Of a stretch of DNA of 64,000 nt, positions 11,302 to 26,500 are shown one piece after another. The first letter of the stretch is position 1, and each line of letters begins with the position of its first letter. Under the pieces are notes generated by a model that ran no database searches, was not told the origin of the DNA, and worked only from the letters and a program-made list of their open reading frames with translations. The translations under genes and the position numbers were made by a program. The stretch comes from Gammaproteobacteria bacterium. GTDB lineage: Bacteria; Pseudomonadota; Gammaproteobacteria; Pseudomonadales; IMCC2047. The DNA lies in assembly GCA_021773395.1 (NCBI GenBank), contig JAJFKB010000003.1:139574-203573 (forward strand), in the 5' to 3' direction.

Positions 11302-11619
11302 GTGTTAACTGTTATTGGCTTTGGTTTGGCCGGTATCGATAAGGCTTTGTCGATACTGCTTGGTGGTCTGATTTGCTTGGCAGGCAGTGGTTTATTTATC
11401 TGGATCTATTTTTATAGAATCCGGGCAAGACAAACGGCACATAATATCCTTCAAACGGCATACAGGGCTGAATTATCGAAGTTGGTGTTAACGTTATTTT
11501 TGTTTCTCATCACCATCGTAACCTTTAAAGGGCTGGATTTTTTACTTTTCATTGCTGCCTTTTTTATATCGCAGCTGATTAGCTGGATAGCCCCCCTGTT
11601 GTTTAGGCGATTAAACTAA
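11302..11619 (+). CDS. atpI: ATP synthase protein I; 5' end uncertain (see finding)
   Basis: Small hydrophobic protein immediately upstream of atpB. The GTG call truncates a predicted transmembrane helix, and the frame is open upstream to 11224. Confidence 0.65.
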   Translation: MLTVIGFGLAGIDKALSILLGGLICLAGSGLFIWIYFYRIRARQTAHNILQTAYRAELSKLVLTLFLFLITIVTFKGLDFLLFIAAFFISQLISWIAPLLFRRLN

Positions 11620-11658
11620 TGCAGTGGACCTAAACGAAACCGTAACCAAATTTTGTAA

Positions 11659-12540
<882 letters not shown>

Positions 12541-12559
12541 CTATTTAACTAAATTTTAA

Positions 12560-12823
<264 letters not shown>

Positions 12824-12869
12824 AGCTCGGTCTTTTATATAAACCCTAGCGATAAGCGAGAGGTGCTTT

Positions 12870-13340
12870 GTGAATATTAATGCAACTATCATAGGACAGA
12901 TGTTGACGTTTGTGGTCTTCGTCTGGTTCTGCATGAAGTTCATTTGGCCGCCACTAATCAGTGTGTTGGCTGAGCGAACAAAAAAAATTGCGGATGGCCT
13001 AAGTGCTGCGGACCGTGCTGAAAGAGACCTGGAGTTGGCTCAAGAAAAAGCGATGGATCAACTAAAGGAAGCCAAGCAACAGGCTGCCGAAATTATTGAT
13101 CAGGCGCATAAGCGATCCAGCCAATTGGTCGATGAAGCTAAAGATCAGGCGCGCGAAGAAGGTGATCGCCTGCTCAAAGCGGCACAGGCTGAGATTGAAC
13201 AAGAGTTCAATAGGGCTCGAGAGGAACTTCGATCGCAAGTGGCTAAAATAGCGGTCGCAGGTGCAGAGAAAGTATTGGGTTCAAGTGTCGATGCTAAAGC
13301 CCATTCAGCACTGCTCAATAAATTGGCAGCGGAACTATAG
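12870..13340 (+). CDS. atpF: F0F1 ATP synthase subunit b
   Basis: 156 aa protein with an N-terminal transmembrane segment and a long charged helix. The start is GTG and the operon position fits. Confidence 0.9.
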   Translation: MNINATIIGQMLTFVVFVWFCMKFIWPPLISVLAERTKKIADGLSAADRAERDLELAQEKAMDQLKEAKQQAAEIIDQAHKRSSQLVDEAKDQAREEGDRLLKAAQAEIEQEFNRAREELRSQVAKIAVAGAEKVLGSSVDAKAHSALLNKLAAEL

Positions 13341-13349
13341 GTCCATATC

Positions 13350-13886
13350 ATGGCAGAAGTCAGTACCATTGCACGACCCTATGCTAAAGCGGCTTTTGAG
13401 CATGCCACAGAGGGTGCAGAATTATCCCAGTGGTCAGAAGCACTTGCTTTGGCCGCAGCAGTCACCAGTGATCCTGATATGAAACAATTGCTGGCCAGCC
13501 CTGCTCTTGACAGTGCCAAAAAGGCTGAACTCTTCATTGATGTTTGTGGTGCCGATTTGAATGATGGAGTGAAGAACTTTATCACTATATTGGCAGAAAA
13601 CAAGAGATTAGCTGCCCTGCCCGCCATTAGTCAGGCGTTTGAGGTGATGAAAGCGCAGAAAGAACAGGCTATTGATGTTCAGGTGATTACGGCTTTCGAA
13701 TTGACGGCAGAACAACAGGATATTCTGACTCAAAAGCTCAAAATTAAGTGGCAAAAGGAAGTCAGTATCATTCAGCAGGTAGATAGCAGCTTAATAGGTG
13801 GTGTCATCATTCGCGCAGGAGATCTGGTTATTGATGACTCTATTCGTGGCAAGTTAACGCGGCTGGCTGAAGCAGTAAACACGTAA
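13350..13886 (+). CDS. atpH: F0F1 ATP synthase subunit delta
   Basis: 178 aa protein with an OSCP-like N-terminus ([10 protein letters not shown]), in the expected operon position. Confidence 0.9.
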   Translation: MAEVSTIARPYAKAAFEHATEGAELSQWSEALALAAAVTSDPDMKQLLASPALDSAKKAELFIDVCGADLNDGVKNFITILAENKRLAALPAISQAFEVMKAQKEQAIDVQVITAFELTAEQQDILTQKLKIKWQKEVSIIQQVDSSLIGGVIIRAGDLVIDDSIRGKLTRLAEAVNT

Positions 13887-13923
13887 AGATTGGAAAGAAC
13901 TATTACAGGTTAAGAGGCATACC

Positions 13924-15468
13924 ATGCAACAACTGAATGCTGCAGAGATCAGTGAGATAATCAAACAGCGCATTACTAAGGTAGATATCTCATCAGAAGC
14001 TCGCAATGAAGGTACTATCGTTAGTGTATCTGATGGTGTAATCCGTATAAACGGTCTTCAGGACGTAATGTACGGGGAAATGATTGAATTCGCTGGTGGT
14101 ATTTACGGTATGGCGCTTAACTTGGAGCGCGACTCTGTCGGTGCCATCGTTTTGGGCGACTATAAAGGACTGTCTGAAGGACAGACTTGTCGTTGCACCG
14201 GCCGTATTCTGGAAGTTCCAGTTGGACCTGAGCTAGAAGGACGGGTAGTTGATTCTTTGGGTAATCCCATCGATGGACGTGGCCCCGTTGAAGCAGCTCT
14301 GACGGATCCAATTGAAAAAGTTGCACCTGGCGTAATCGCACGTAAGTCGGTAGATCAGCCGGTACAGACTGGACTGAAAGTGATCGACTCTATGGTGCCA
14401 ATTGGTCGTGGCCAGCGGGAGTTGATTATTGGTGACCGCCAGATTGGTAAATCGGCAGTAGCGATCGATGCCATTATCAACCAGAAAAACACGGGTATTA
14501 AATGTATTTATGTCGCTGTGGGCCAAAAAGCTTCTTCAGTAGCGGCGGTTGTGCGCAAACTTGAAGAACATGGCGCGATGGAACATACCATTGTCGTTGC
14601 GGCTAACGCCTCAGATCCGGCATCCATGCAGTTTTTGGCACCATTCGCCGGCTGTTCAATGGGCGAGTATTATCGGGATCGTGGTCAAGACGCACTAATT
14701 ATTTATGATGATTTGACCAAGCAGGCATGGGCCTATCGTCAGATTTCATTGTTACTTCGTCGTCCACCGGGTCGTGAAGCCTACCCAGGAGATGTTTTCT
14801 ATTTGCACTCGCGTCTGCTGGAAAGAGCGGCGCGAGTTAGTGAAGCCTACGTTGAGAAGTTCACCAACGGTGAAGTCAAGGGTAAGACCGGGTCACTTAC
14901 CGCATTGCCGGTAATTGAAACGCAAGCCGGTGACGTATCAGCATTCGTACCTACCAATGTGATTTCTATTACCGACGGTCAGATATTCCTGGAGTCGGAT
15001 ATGTTTAACGCCGGTGTCCGACCAGCAATGAACGCTGGTATTTCGGTATCCCGGGTGGGTGGTGCTGCTCAAACTAAAATCATGAAGAAACTGTCTGGTG
15101 GTATTCGTACCTCTTTGGCGCAGTATCGTGAGCTGGCAGCATTCGCACAGTTTGCTTCGGATTTGGATGAAGCCACCAAAGCCCAGTTGGATCACGGAGA
15201 GCGTGTAACAGAATTAATGAAGCAAAAACAATACTCTCCGCAAACAATTGCTGAAATGGGGCTGCTTATTTATGCCTCAAACGAAGGTTATCTGAAAGAT
15301 ATCGAAGTGCCTAAAATTGGCGATTTTGAGGAAGCGCTGCTGTCCTATGCGCAGAGTCAGTATGGCGACCTGATGAGTGAGATCGAAACCAGTGGTGATT
15401 GGAATGATGACTATGAGGCTAAGTTCAAAGAGTGCCTCGACAAGTTCAAATCAACACAAACCTGGTAG
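13924..15468 (+). CDS. atpA: F0F1 ATP synthase subunit alpha
   Basis: Walker A GDRQIGKS in a 514 aa protein with typical alpha-subunit sequence. Confidence 0.97.
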   Translation: MQQLNAAEISEIIKQRITKVDISSEARNEGTIVSVSDGVIRINGLQDVMYGEMIEFAGGIYGMALNLERDSVGAIVLGDYKGLSEGQTCRCTGRILEVPVGPELEGRVVDSLGNPIDGRGPVEAALTDPIEKVAPGVIARKSVDQPVQTGLKVIDSMVPIGRGQRELIIGDRQIGKSAVAIDAIINQKNTGIKCIYVAVGQKASSVAAVVRKLEEHGAMEHTIVVAANASDPASMQFLAPFAGCSMGEYYRDRGQDALIIYDDLTKQAWAYRQISLLLRRPPGREAYPGDVFYLHSRLLERAARVSEAYVEKFTNGEVKGKTGSLTALPVIETQAGDVSAFVPTNVISITDGQIFLESDMFNAGVRPAMNAGISVSRVGGAAQTKIMKKLSGGIRTSLAQYRELAAFAQFASDLDEATKAQLDHGERVTELMKQKQYSPQTIAEMGLLIYASNEGYLKDIEVPKIGDFEEALLSYAQSQYGDLMSEIETSGDWNDDYEAKFKECLDKFKSTQTW

Positions 15469-15527
15469 CGGGTTACCCTTTGGTAACTCAAAAGTTAACT
15501 ATTAACTCTGGAATACTGAGATAACTC

Positions 15528-16388
15528 ATGGCAGCCGGAAAAGAGATCCGCACGCAGATTGCGAGTATTAAAAGTACGCAGAAAATTACTAGCGCGATGG
15601 AGCTGGTAGCGGCAAGTAAGATGCGCAAAGCTCAGGAAAGAATGAGTCTTGGGCGGCCCTATTCGGATAGAATACGTGCGGTCGTCAGTCACTTGGCCAA
15701 TGCGGCCTCGGAGTTTCGCCATCAATATATGGATGAACGAGAGGTTAAACGTGTTGGTGTAGTTGTTATTTCAACTGATCGAGGCCTGTGTGGCGGCTTA
15801 AATGTTAACCTCTTTAAAACAGCGATTCGTTCTACCAGAGAGTGGCAGGATAAGGGCGCTGAAATTGATCTGTGTCTGGTAGGCGCCAAAGCGGTCAGCT
15901 TTTTCAAGAGTGTAGGTGGCAATGTAGTTGCCGCAAAAACGCACTTGGGTGATGAATTCAATGCATCAGATTTGATTGGATCGATCAAAGTTATGCTGGA
16001 TGCATTTGAAGAAGGCAAAATCGATAAGTTGTTCCTGGTATACAACCGATTTGTTAATACCATGACTCAGGAGCCCTGTGTTGATCAGTTGTTACCACTT
16101 AAGGCAGAAGAAAGTGAACAAATGGCCCATCACTGGGATTACCTGTATGAGCCGGACGATGCTTCGTTGCTTGAAGGCCTGTTAACCCGCTATATAGAAT
16201 CGCAGGTTTATCAGGGTCTGGTTGAAAATAATGCCTGTGAGCAGGCGGCCAGGATGATTGCCATGAAGAGCGCCACAGACAATGCTGGTGATCTGATTGA
16301 CAATCTACAGCTGGTCTACAATAAGGCACGACAAGCGGCGATCACTCAGGAACTCTCAGAGATCGTTAGTGGCGCGGCGGCGGTCTAA
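15528..16388 (+). CDS. atpG: F0F1 ATP synthase subunit gamma
   Basis: N-terminus [36 protein letters not shown] and C-terminus [14 protein letters not shown] match gamma subunits. Confidence 0.95.
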   Translation: MAAGKEIRTQIASIKSTQKITSAMELVAASKMRKAQERMSLGRPYSDRIRAVVSHLANAASEFRHQYMDEREVKRVGVVVISTDRGLCGGLNVNLFKTAIRSTREWQDKGAEIDLCLVGAKAVSFFKSVGGNVVAAKTHLGDEFNASDLIGSIKVMLDAFEEGKIDKLFLVYNRFVNTMTQEPCVDQLLPLKAEESEQMAHHWDYLYEPDDASLLEGLLTRYIESQVYQGLVENNACEQAARMIAMKSATDNAGDLIDNLQLVYNKARQAAITQELSEIVSGAAAV

Positions 16389-16417
16389 AGAATTTAATTT
16401 TACCGGGGAATGGTTGA

Positions 16418-17845
<1,428 letters not shown>

Positions 17846-17907
17846 CATTGACACCTGCTGAACCTATCAGTTCACAGGTGATCAAAGGATAAAAGGGTTT
17901 AATAGGC

Positions 17908-18333
17908 ATGGCGATGACTGTCCATTGCGATATTGTTAGCGCAGAAGAAAAGATTTTCTCCGGTCTGGTGGAAATGGTAATTGCGGCTGGTTCTCTTGGA
18001 GATCTGGGTATAGCACCCGGCCATGCACCTTTGCTGACCGAGCTAAAGCCCGGTCCGGTGAGATTGATCATGGAGAGTGGCGAAGAGGAAATTTTCTATG
18101 CTTCCGGTGGTTTTCTTGAAGTGCAACCGCACTTGGTCACCATTCTGGCCGATACAGCGTTACGAGCCCATGATATGAGTGAGGCTGCGGCTCTGGAGGC
18201 AAAGAAGCAGGCCGAGCAAATGATGTCGGATCAAAGTTCAGATATCAATCATGCCTTAGCGTCAGCGCAGTTGGCTGAAGCGGCAGCTCAGCTGAGAACA
18301 CTTTCGCGTATCAGGAAAAAGATGGGTAAATAA
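17908..18333 (+). CDS. atpC: F0F1 ATP synthase subunit epsilon
   Basis: 141 aa protein that is the last gene of the operon, with a typical N-terminal beta-sandwich sequence ([15 protein letters not shown]). Confidence 0.9.
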   Translation: MAMTVHCDIVSAEEKIFSGLVEMVIAAGSLGDLGIAPGHAPLLTELKPGPVRLIMESGEEEIFYASGGFLEVQPHLVTILADTALRAHDMSEAAALEAKKQAEQMMSDQSSDINHALASAQLAEAAAQLRTLSRIRKKMGK

Positions 18334-18360
18334 CTCAAGAGTTCATCTCAGCGATTATAG

Positions 18361-18388
18361 AAAAGGCAGCATAAGCTGCCTTTTTTTA
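18361..18388 (+). terminator. Rho-independent terminator of the atp operon
   Basis: The sequence AAAAGGCAGC-ATAA-GCTGCCTTTTTTT has a 6 bp GC stem (18365-18370 paired with 18375-18380), a 4 nt loop and a T7 run. Confidence 0.8.
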
Positions 18389-18488
18389 TGGCTTTTTAGT
18401 CGAATTGGACAATAATGTATCAAAGCTTTTTATTTAAATTATTTCTGAGAGAAAGTTAGAAATCGACATTTAGGGAGTACGGAGCGTT

Positions 18489-19850
18489 ATGAGTTTGGAG
18501 GTTGTTGTCCTCGCTGCAGGTCAAGGTACCCGCATGAAGTCGGATTTGCCGAAAGTGCTGCATCAACTGGCCGGCAAACCGTTGCTGTCACACGTCGTAG
18601 AAACCGCTGTGATGATGGATGCGGAAGCGATTCATGTGGTGGTCGGGCATGGCGGAGAGCAGGTGGAAGCAAGCCTTCAGCAGCACCCTGTTAACTGGAT
18701 TACTCAGGAGCAACAGCTGGGTACGGGGCATGCAGTAGCACAGGCGTTACCTGCGATTGATACGAAGAGCATGGTGCTTATTCTTTATGGTGATGTTCCC
18801 TTAACTCCAATTACAACGCTAAACCGGTTGCTTGAAAAGCTGGATTCAAACAGTATTGGCCTGTTAACGGTTCAGTTAAGAGATCCAGCGGGCTATGGCC
18901 GCATCCTTCGTGATGAGCAGGGCCTGGTGCAGGCGATTGTTGAAGAAAAAGATGCAACGACAGAACAACGAGCGTTCAAAGAAGGCAATACCGGAATTAT
19001 TGCCGTCAGCTGCGAAAAACTGAAGGACTGGTTACCAAAACTTTCTTCAAATAACGCTCAGGGAGAATACTACCTAACGGATATTGTCGCGATGGCGGTA
19101 TCTGAAGGTATGCGGGTCGAAGCAGAAGTGGTGACAATCGAGCAGGAAGTACAGGGAGTTAACAGTCGCAGGCAGCTAGCCGAGTTGGAGCGCTGGCACC
19201 AGCTTAAACAGGCAGAAAAACTAATGGATCAGGGGGTTACGCTCGCGGATCCCGCACGCCTGGATATTCGGGGCGAAGTAACGGTTGCGCAGGATATTTT
19301 CATCGATGCGAATGTGCTGCTGGAGGGCAAGGTCAGTATTGGAAATCGGGTAAAGATCGGGCCGAATGTAGTGATCAAGAACGCACAAATCGGTAGTGGT
19401 GTCACCATTCATGCGAATACGGTAATCGAAGATGCGCAAATAGAAGATAACTGTGATATTGGCCCGTTTGCTCGTTTGCGACCGCAAACGCACCTCGCGC
19501 AAGGAGCAAAGATTGGTAACTTTGTAGAAATTAAAAAATCCTATATCGGTGTTGGTAGTAAAGTGAATCACCTCAGTTATGTCGGTGATGCTGAAATTGG
19601 CAAGCAGGTGAATGTGGGCGCAGGTACTATCACCTGTAATTACGATGGCGCCAACAAGTTTAAAACGAAAATCCAGGATGGTGTATTTGTCGGTTCAAAT
19701 ACAGCGCTGGTGGCTCCTATCACGGTCGGTGAGAATGCCACAATTGGTGCAGGTTCTACGCTGTCAAAAGATGTGGCTGCAGACACGCTTGTCGTAGCCA
19801 GAGGAAAGCCAAAGGTTGTCGAGGGCTGGCAGCGACCAAAGAAAAAATAG
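18489..19850 (+). CDS. glmU: Bifunctional UDP-N-acetylglucosamine pyrophosphorylase / glucosamine-1-phosphate N-acetyltransferase
   Basis: N-terminal [18 protein letters not shown] motif and C-terminal left-handed beta-helix hexapeptide repeats. Confidence 0.95.
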   Translation: MSLEVVVLAAGQGTRMKSDLPKVLHQLAGKPLLSHVVETAVMMDAEAIHVVVGHGGEQVEASLQQHPVNWITQEQQLGTGHAVAQALPAIDTKSMVLILYGDVPLTPITTLNRLLEKLDSNSIGLLTVQLRDPAGYGRILRDEQGLVQAIVEEKDATTEQRAFKEGNTGIIAVSCEKLKDWLPKLSSNNAQGEYYLTDIVAMAVSEGMRVEAEVVTIEQEVQGVNSRRQLAELERWHQLKQAEKLMDQGVTLADPARLDIRGEVTVAQDIFIDANVLLEGKVSIGNRVKIGPNVVIKNAQIGSGVTIHANTVIEDAQIEDNCDIGPFARLRPQTHLAQGAKIGNFVEIKKSYIGVGSKVNHLSYVGDAEIGKQVNVGAGTITCNYDGANKFKTKIQDGVFVGSNTALVAPITVGENATIGAGSTLSKDVAADTLVVARGKPKVVEGWQRPKKK

Positions 19851-19875
19851 CAGAAGAATACAAGGCCATGAAATT

Positions 19876-21711
19876 ATGTGTGGAATAGTAGGAGCAATCG
19901 CAAATCGTGATGTAACCGGCATATTGCTGGAAGGCTTAAGGCGATTGGAGTATAGAGGTTATGATTCGGCGGGTATGGCTGTCATCGAATCAGGACAAGA
20001 CCATTTTGAAAGGGTGCGTCGAGAAGGCAAGGTACAGCAGCTTGCGGATGCGATCGCCGATGAACATTTAACAGGTATGATTGGGGTGGCGCATACCCGA
20101 TGGGCGACCCACGGTGTTCCCAGCGAGCGTAACGCGCACCCGCATATGTCAAACGATCAGATAGCCGTGGTTCATAATGGCATTATTGAAAATCACGAAT
20201 CGTTAAGAGACGAACTAAAAGCTGCCGGATACCAGTTCACTTCGGATACGGATACCGAAGTGGTGGCGCACTTGATTCATTATTATCGAAATGCTGGTGA
20301 TGAGCTACGTCTGGCGGTACAAAAAACCATAATGAGACTGGAGGGAGCCTTTGCTTTAGGCGTGGTAGACAGTTCCCAACCTGACCGACTAATTGCAGCT
20401 CGTAGTGGCAGTCCTTTAGTTGTTGGAGTGGGTATCGGCGAGAACTTTATCGCCTCCGATCAATTAGCGCTACTGCAGGTGACCGATCAATTTATTTTTT
20501 TGGATGAAGGTGATTTTGTAGAACTGACCCGAGAGGGTGTTGTTGTTTTTGACGATCAGTTAAAACCGGTTCAGCGTCCCGTCACACGCTTTGATCACCA
20601 CGTTGATGCAGCAGATAAAGGCACTTATCGGCACTTTATGCTTAAGGAAATTTTTGAGCAGCCACAGGTAGTAAAAGCAACATTAAACGGAAGAATGACA
20701 GACAAGCAGGTACTGGAACAGACTTTGGGTACCGCCGCCAAGGAGATACTGGATAAAGTTCAGGCTGTTCAGATTATTGCATGTGGCACTAGTTATCATG
20801 CGGGGTTGGTAGCGCGGTACTGGATTGAGGACCTGGTGGGGATTCCATGTCAGGTGGAGGTAGCAAGCGAGTATCGATACCGTAAAGTGGTGGTAGCACC
20901 GAATACGCTGTTTGTGACCATTTCGCAGTCAGGAGAAACAGCGGACACACTGGCCGCTCTGCGCATGGCAAAGAGCATGGGGTATCTGGCGAGTCTGGGT
21001 ATCTGCAACGTGGCGACCAGTACATTGGTGCGCGAATCGGATCTGGTCATGTTAACACAGGCTGGCCCGGAGATTGGTGTGGCGTCCACGAAAGCGTTCA
21101 CCACACAGCTGGTCGCTTTGCTACTGGTGACACTGATGTTGGCCCGAAGACAGGGGTTGCCCGCAGAGAGAGAACAGCGAATAGTGACAGCCTTACACCA
21201 GCTTCCTGATTTGTTAACAGAAGTACTCAAGCTAGATGCAAATATTCAGCTGCTTTCCGAACAATTTGCGGATAAACACAATGCCCTGTTTCTGGGGCGA
21301 GGAGCCATGTATCCGGTGTCCATGGAAGGCGCTCTAAAACTTAAGGAGATTTCCTATATTCATGCCGAGGCATATCCAGCAGGAGAGTTAAAGCACGGAC
21401 CGTTGGCTTTGGTGGATGGTGATATGCCAGTGATAGCGGTTGCACCCAACAACGAGTTATTGGATAAACTAAAATCCAACCTGCAAGAAGTCAAAGCACG
21501 TGGCGGAGTGCTTTATGTGTTTGCCGACCGTGAAGCGTCTGTTGGTGAGGCGGAGGATACCAGAGTACTGGTAATTCCCCCGGTGGATGATATTCTTGAG
21601 CCGATTGTCTATACCTTGCCGCTGCAGCTGCTTGCTTATCATGTTGCTGTGCTGAAAGGTACGGATGTCGACCAACCACGTAATCTGGCAAAATCTGTTA
21701 CGGTTGAGTAA
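19876..21711 (+). CDS. glmS: Glutamine--fructose-6-phosphate aminotransferase
   Basis: The start is trimmed to the [11 protein letters not shown] at 19876, because the catalytic Cys must follow the initiator Met. The ORF-track start at 19816 adds 20 unsupported residues. SIS domains are present and the protein ends KSVTVE. Confidence 0.95.
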   Translation: MCGIVGAIANRDVTGILLEGLRRLEYRGYDSAGMAVIESGQDHFERVRREGKVQQLADAIADEHLTGMIGVAHTRWATHGVPSERNAHPHMSNDQIAVVHNGIIENHESLRDELKAAGYQFTSDTDTEVVAHLIHYYRNAGDELRLAVQKTIMRLEGAFALGVVDSSQPDRLIAARSGSPLVVGVGIGENFIASDQLALLQVTDQFIFLDEGDFVELTREGVVVFDDQLKPVQRPVTRFDHHVDAADKGTYRHFMLKEIFEQPQVVKATLNGRMTDKQVLEQTLGTAAKEILDKVQAVQIIACGTSYHAGLVARYWIEDLVGIPCQVEVASEYRYRKVVVAPNTLFVTISQSGETADTLAALRMAKSMGYLASLGICNVATSTLVRESDLVMLTQAGPEIGVASTKAFTTQLVALLLVTLMLARRQGLPAEREQRIVTALHQLPDLLTEVLKLDANIQLLSEQFADKHNALFLGRGAMYPVSMEGALKLKEISYIHAEAYPAGELKHGPLALVDGDMPVIAVAPNNELLDKLKSNLQEVKARGGVLYVFADREASVGEAEDTRVLVIPPVDDILEPIVYTLPLQLLAYHVAVLKGTDVDQPRNLAKSVTVE

Positions 21712-21769
21712 CTGGATAAAGAACCAACGAGATTACGGGCAAACATTACGATAACTCAGTGGTTATACA

Positions 21770-23539
21770 ATGGAACATCAAGCCTGGCTAACGCTGGCTG
21801 TTACGTTAGCCACACTATTAACACTATCTATTAGCTCGCTGGCGCCTGACGCTGTTTTATTGGCTGCCGTAGGGATTTTGCTGTTGCTGGGAGTTATCAC
21901 TCCGGTGGAGGCTCTTACTGGGTTTACCAATGAGGGGCTGGCTACCATTGCATTACTTTTTATTGTCGCCCGAGGCTTAACTGATACCGGTTTTATCGGT
22001 AATCTGACGCAAAATTTGCTGGGCCGCCCGAAAAACACCGTTCATGCGCAGCTAAGATTAATGTTGCCTGTGGCGGGTGCCAGTGCTTTTATGAACAATA
22101 CCCCGGTTGTCGCCATGCTCATTCCAGCGGTATCGGATTGGGCGAAGCGAAATAATTTGCATGTCGCACAACTTATGATGCCCCTGAGCTATGCTGCAAT
22201 TATTGGCGGCACATGCACTCTAATAGGATGCAGCACCAACCTGATAATTAATGGGCTATTGCTTGAGTATGACGAACAGTTAGAGTTGTCTTTATTCGAG
22301 TTGGCGTGGCTGGGTATTCCCTGCTCTTTAGTGGTCATTTTACTCACTGTGGCATTGAGTGGTCGATTATTGCCCAAGACCGGTTCGGGTACGCAGCAGT
22401 TTGCCGATGCGCGTCGCTATACTCTGGCAATGGAAGTACAGAGTGACTGTCCGCTGGTCAACCTATCGATTGAAAAGGCAGGCTTAAGGCAGTTGCCCGG
22501 TATGTTCCTGGTAGAAATTACACGCGGGAACAAAGTTATTCCTGCAGTATCGCCACAGGAAATAATAGCTGCAGGTGACATATTGTTATTTGCGGGTATC
22601 GTCGAGTCAGTTGTAGATCTGCAAAAGATTCGCGGTCTGGTACCGGCAACCAATCAAATATTGAAAGTAGACGCGCCGCGAGACCAGCGAGCACTGGTTG
22701 AGGTAGTGGTCTCCGATAAATGCCCAATTATTGGAAAATCTATCAAGGAGGGTCGCTTCAGAACACATTACAATGCTGCTGTCATTGCGGTAGCCAGAGA
22801 TGGCGTACAACTTAATAAAAAACTGGGTGAAATAGTGCTTAAAACCGGCGATATGCTATTGCTGGACACTCATAATGGTTTTGCAGAGCAGCAGCGCTAT
22901 GCGCCGGATTTTTTATTGGCGAGCCAAGTAGATAACTCACAGCCAGTCCGATTTGAACGACGCTATTTTGCCGGAGCAATTTTGCTGGGAATGATTGTGC
23001 TGGTGACCTTGGGTTTATTATCCATGTTTAAGGCCTCTGTTGTTGCAGCAGGGATGATGCTGCTCATGGGCTGTACTTCGATAACCAGTGCAAGGCGCAG
23101 TATTGATATTCAGCTTTTATGCGCAATTGCGGCAGCGATTGCCATCGGGCTTGCGCTACAGAAGACAGGGATTGTTGAACTGTTAGCCAACGGGCTGACC
23201 AGTCTGGCCTCCGGCAGTGCCACGTTGACGCTAACGGCAATATTCTTACTGGCGGCATTGCTGACGGCCATTGTTTCCAACGCAGCTACGGCAGTGATAT
23301 TTTTTCCTGTCGCGACTGCCAGCGCACTGGATCTGGGAGTGAGCCCTACGCCCTTCGTGATCGCGCTAATGGTAGGGGCTTCTGCAAGTTTTGCCACACC
23401 CATCGGGTATCAAACAAATTTAATGGTTTACGGTCCGGGAGGGTATCGTTTTAATGATTTTGTTCGAATGGGATTACCGGTCACAATGGCGGTTACTTTG
23501 GTCGTCGTGTTTCTTACACCGCTAATTTGGCATTTCTAA
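21770..23539 (+). CDS. SLC13/DASS-family anion permease with two central TrkA-C (RCK C-terminal) domains
   Basis: 589 aa protein with polytopic N- and C-terminal halves. Two soluble inserts show TrkA-C-like patterns (VEITRGNKVI..GDILLFAG and VEVVVSDKCPIIGKSI..GDMLLLDT). The substrate is not assignable from sequence alone. Confidence 0.75.
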   Translation: MEHQAWLTLAVTLATLLTLSISSLAPDAVLLAAVGILLLLGVITPVEALTGFTNEGLATIALLFIVARGLTDTGFIGNLTQNLLGRPKNTVHAQLRLMLPVAGASAFMNNTPVVAMLIPAVSDWAKRNNLHVAQLMMPLSYAAIIGGTCTLIGCSTNLIINGLLLEYDEQLELSLFELAWLGIPCSLVVILLTVALSGRLLPKTGSGTQQFADARRYTLAMEVQSDCPLVNLSIEKAGLRQLPGMFLVEITRGNKVIPAVSPQEIIAAGDILLFAGIVESVVDLQKIRGLVPATNQILKVDAPRDQRALVEVVVSDKCPIIGKSIKEGRFRTHYNAAVIAVARDGVQLNKKLGEIVLKTGDMLLLDTHNGFAEQQRYAPDFLLASQVDNSQPVRFERRYFAGAILLGMIVLVTLGLLSMFKASVVAAGMMLLMGCTSITSARRSIDIQLLCAIAAAIAIGLALQKTGIVELLANGLTSLASGSATLTLTAIFLLAALLTAIVSNAATAVIFFPVATASALDLGVSPTPFVIALMVGASASFATPIGYQTNLMVYGPGGYRFNDFVRMGLPVTMAVTLVVVFLTPLIWHF

Positions 23540-26500
23540 CGTTCGGTTCTGAATCTGTCAGTGGTACGACAGCCCTCTTTTTATAAAGGGGTATTGGTTT
23601 ACCGATAAAATAACCCTGTGCGTAATCCACACCCAGGCGTCGTAGTGCATTTAACGTTTGTTCATCTTCAACAAATTCGGCAATCGTCAGCTTGCCCATG
23701 ACATGCCCTATCTCATTGATAGAGCGAACCATTTCGTAGTCAATCGGGTCGGAGGTAATATCCCGAACAAAAGCACCATCGATTTTAAGAAAATCGACAG
23801 GCAGGTTTTTTAAATAATTAAAGGAAGATAGACCGCTTCCGAAGTCATCCAGTGCGAACAGACAACCAGCGGCTTTAACCTGAGTAATAAAATCAATGGC
23901 CTTAGACAGGTTTGATATGGCGGCTGTTTCGGTCACTTCGAAACAAATTTTTTCACAGGGCACCGTAGACTTACGAAGTGTCTCAAGCAAGAATTTTAGG
24001 AATGTACCGCTGCCGAGCGATAACCCGGACAAATTAATAGAAATCATTGAGATTTTGGCTAATTGTTGCTGGTGGTTACCTAGCCATGAAAGTGATTTAT
24101 TGATAACCCATTGGTCTATTTGTGTGGATAGAGTGTAGCGTTCGGCAGCGGGTAAAAAAGCACCCGGAGGAATAATTTCTCCGGTTTCAGAAATCATTCT
24201 CACCAGCACTTCAAAATGGCTATTTTTCTGTTCTTTCTGTAAATCCTGAATGGGTTGTATGTAAATGTGCAGGCGATCCTGTTCAAGTGCCATATTGATT
24301 TTACTGACCCAATCCATTTCTCGGCGGCGTTGAGTTAACTCCAGGTCATTTGGGTGGTAGGTGCGTATTCGATTGCGGCCAGCGTCTTTGGCGGCATAAC
24401 AGGCCATGTCCGCAGCGCTCATAATTTCGTTAACGGTTCCACTATACTCGTCGATGGGTATCAGACCAATGCTGACGCCCACGTTGTATCGCTGTTGTTC
24501 CCAGACAAACCGAAAATCCTGTATAACCCTTCTTAGATCTTCTGCAATCTTACCCGCACGCTCCAGTGAACAGTTCTCCATTATGATACCAAACTCATCA
24601 CCGCCCAACCGCGCTAACATATCGCTGCGTCGAATCTTTGTGCTTAAGATAGCACCTAACTGATGTAATAACGTGTCGCCCGCGAGATGGCCACAGGCAT
24701 CGTTGATCACTTTAAACTGATCCAAATCCAGATAACAAAGCGCATGCTGCTGGTTGGGCTGGTCAGTGCTTAACAGTATTCGCAGCCGCCTGTCGAACGC
24801 ATCTCTGTTATAAAGGCCGGTCAGGGAGTCATGTGCAGCCTGGTACTCAAGTTCCGCTGACAGGTTCTTTTTCTCTGTGATATCCAGCATCACACCGTAC
24901 TTTCGGACATTGGCCGGATCACTATCGTTTTTGATATGGACCGTGTCATGGATCCAGACAGTCGACCCGTCTGCATGCAACATACGGTACTCTATTTCGT
25001 AATTTTCCAGGGTTTTAGATTTTCCCTCAGCTTCTCTTAGTGCACCAAATTGATCATCAGGGTGAATCAGGTTAGCCCAAAATCCGCTTTGGTAAAATTG
25101 TTCGGGGTTGTAGCCCAATATCTTTGATACTGAAGCACTGACGAAATAGACTTCATTGCCTTCTATATTTGACTCCCAGACAATCGCATTAATATCATTG
25201 ACCAGGCGCTGGTAATGCGCATTGCTTTCTTGCAGCGATAGCTGGGCCCTCTGCCGTTCAATCACCCGTCCAAGCTGTATTGCAACCGGCTTTAATATAT
25301 CCGACAGGTTTTTGGATACTTCTTGTTTTTCTGGCGAGACGAACTCCATGACGACTAATACCTGATCATCCACGATGACCGGGAACGCGAATGCGCTCTG
25401 TATGCCGGTGCCCTCTTTAATGCTGCTGCGAGGAAAACCGTCATCTAGCGAAGCATCCGGTAGAAAAACCGGTTTTTTGGTACTTAGTACCTTACCGGGT
25501 ATTCCGTCCCCGGGCCCAAATTGAACACCGGCACACCAGGATTTTAGATGTTGATACTCCTGCTCGTTGTTGAAATGCCAAAGGTCAGAGCTTTCCAATA
25601 GACCTGTCTTTTGGTTAGGCAGCAGTGCGTGTCCGATCGGCCAATCGCTGTATTTGCAGATCTCTTCCAGGCACATCTTAATGGCCATCTCCAGATTGTT
25701 TGCCTCGTTTGCGGCAACGGCCACTTTGCGCAACAACCTTAGCGTCGCTGTTTTGTCCTGAGTAGCCTTGAGCGCGGCAAGCTCATCGGTTCTGTCCCGA
25801 CAAAACCCCAAAATAGCTGCCGTGCCATTAAAGGATGTAAGGTTCAGTACAACCTCGATATGTACAGTCTTGCCGTTTTTGTGTCGCATGGGAAGATCTG
25901 GGATTTTAAAATGCTTCTCCTGTTTCAGTTTATCAACCAGATTTTCGCGGTAACTGGTATCAACCATATAATCAAGCAGTGTTTTCCCGATCAACTCCTC
26001 GGCTGAGTAACCCAGTAATCTCTGGCCGGCTTTATTGAGCTGTAGCACTTTGCCCTCGATCAGACTAGTCATAATGATCGGATTAGGGCTGCTGGCTAAA
26101 GATCTTGAAAGTTGATACTGATCGTATTTTCCGCCCCTGTCTTCGTCAAAAAAACTATCCGATTGGCGCATAACTACCAATACATGGTTGATTTGACCAA
26201 CGTCATTTTTTAATGGGGTTAAGTTGATATGTAGCAGGGCATCGACAGGGCGCGCTGAGTAAACCTGAGAAGGAAAGTTAAGTTCAGCTCCTTTCAGAGA
26301 TTCCTGCACACGGGGTTTAATCAATCTGAAGGCATCTTCGCCTTCAACCTGGCTGATACAGGCGCCGACGACCTTTTCGCGAGGCAAATTAACAACGTCA
26401 AGATAGGCCTGGTTGGCAATCAAATAGCGAAACTGACGGTCGATGACTAGAATAGGATCCGTTAAAAGATCGAAAACATGCTGATAAAGCGCAATGTTTT

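Noticed and set aside
19816-19875. 20-residue N-terminal extension of glmS in the ORF track. Similar extensions occur on cysQ (27490), dnaE2 (57993), imuA (60284), the small secreted protein (34206) and the pnuC-like gene (53260).
   Set aside because: Conserved N-termini, catalytic requirements (Cys2 of GlmS), RBS positions and the LexA box all argue for the internal starts used in the feature table.
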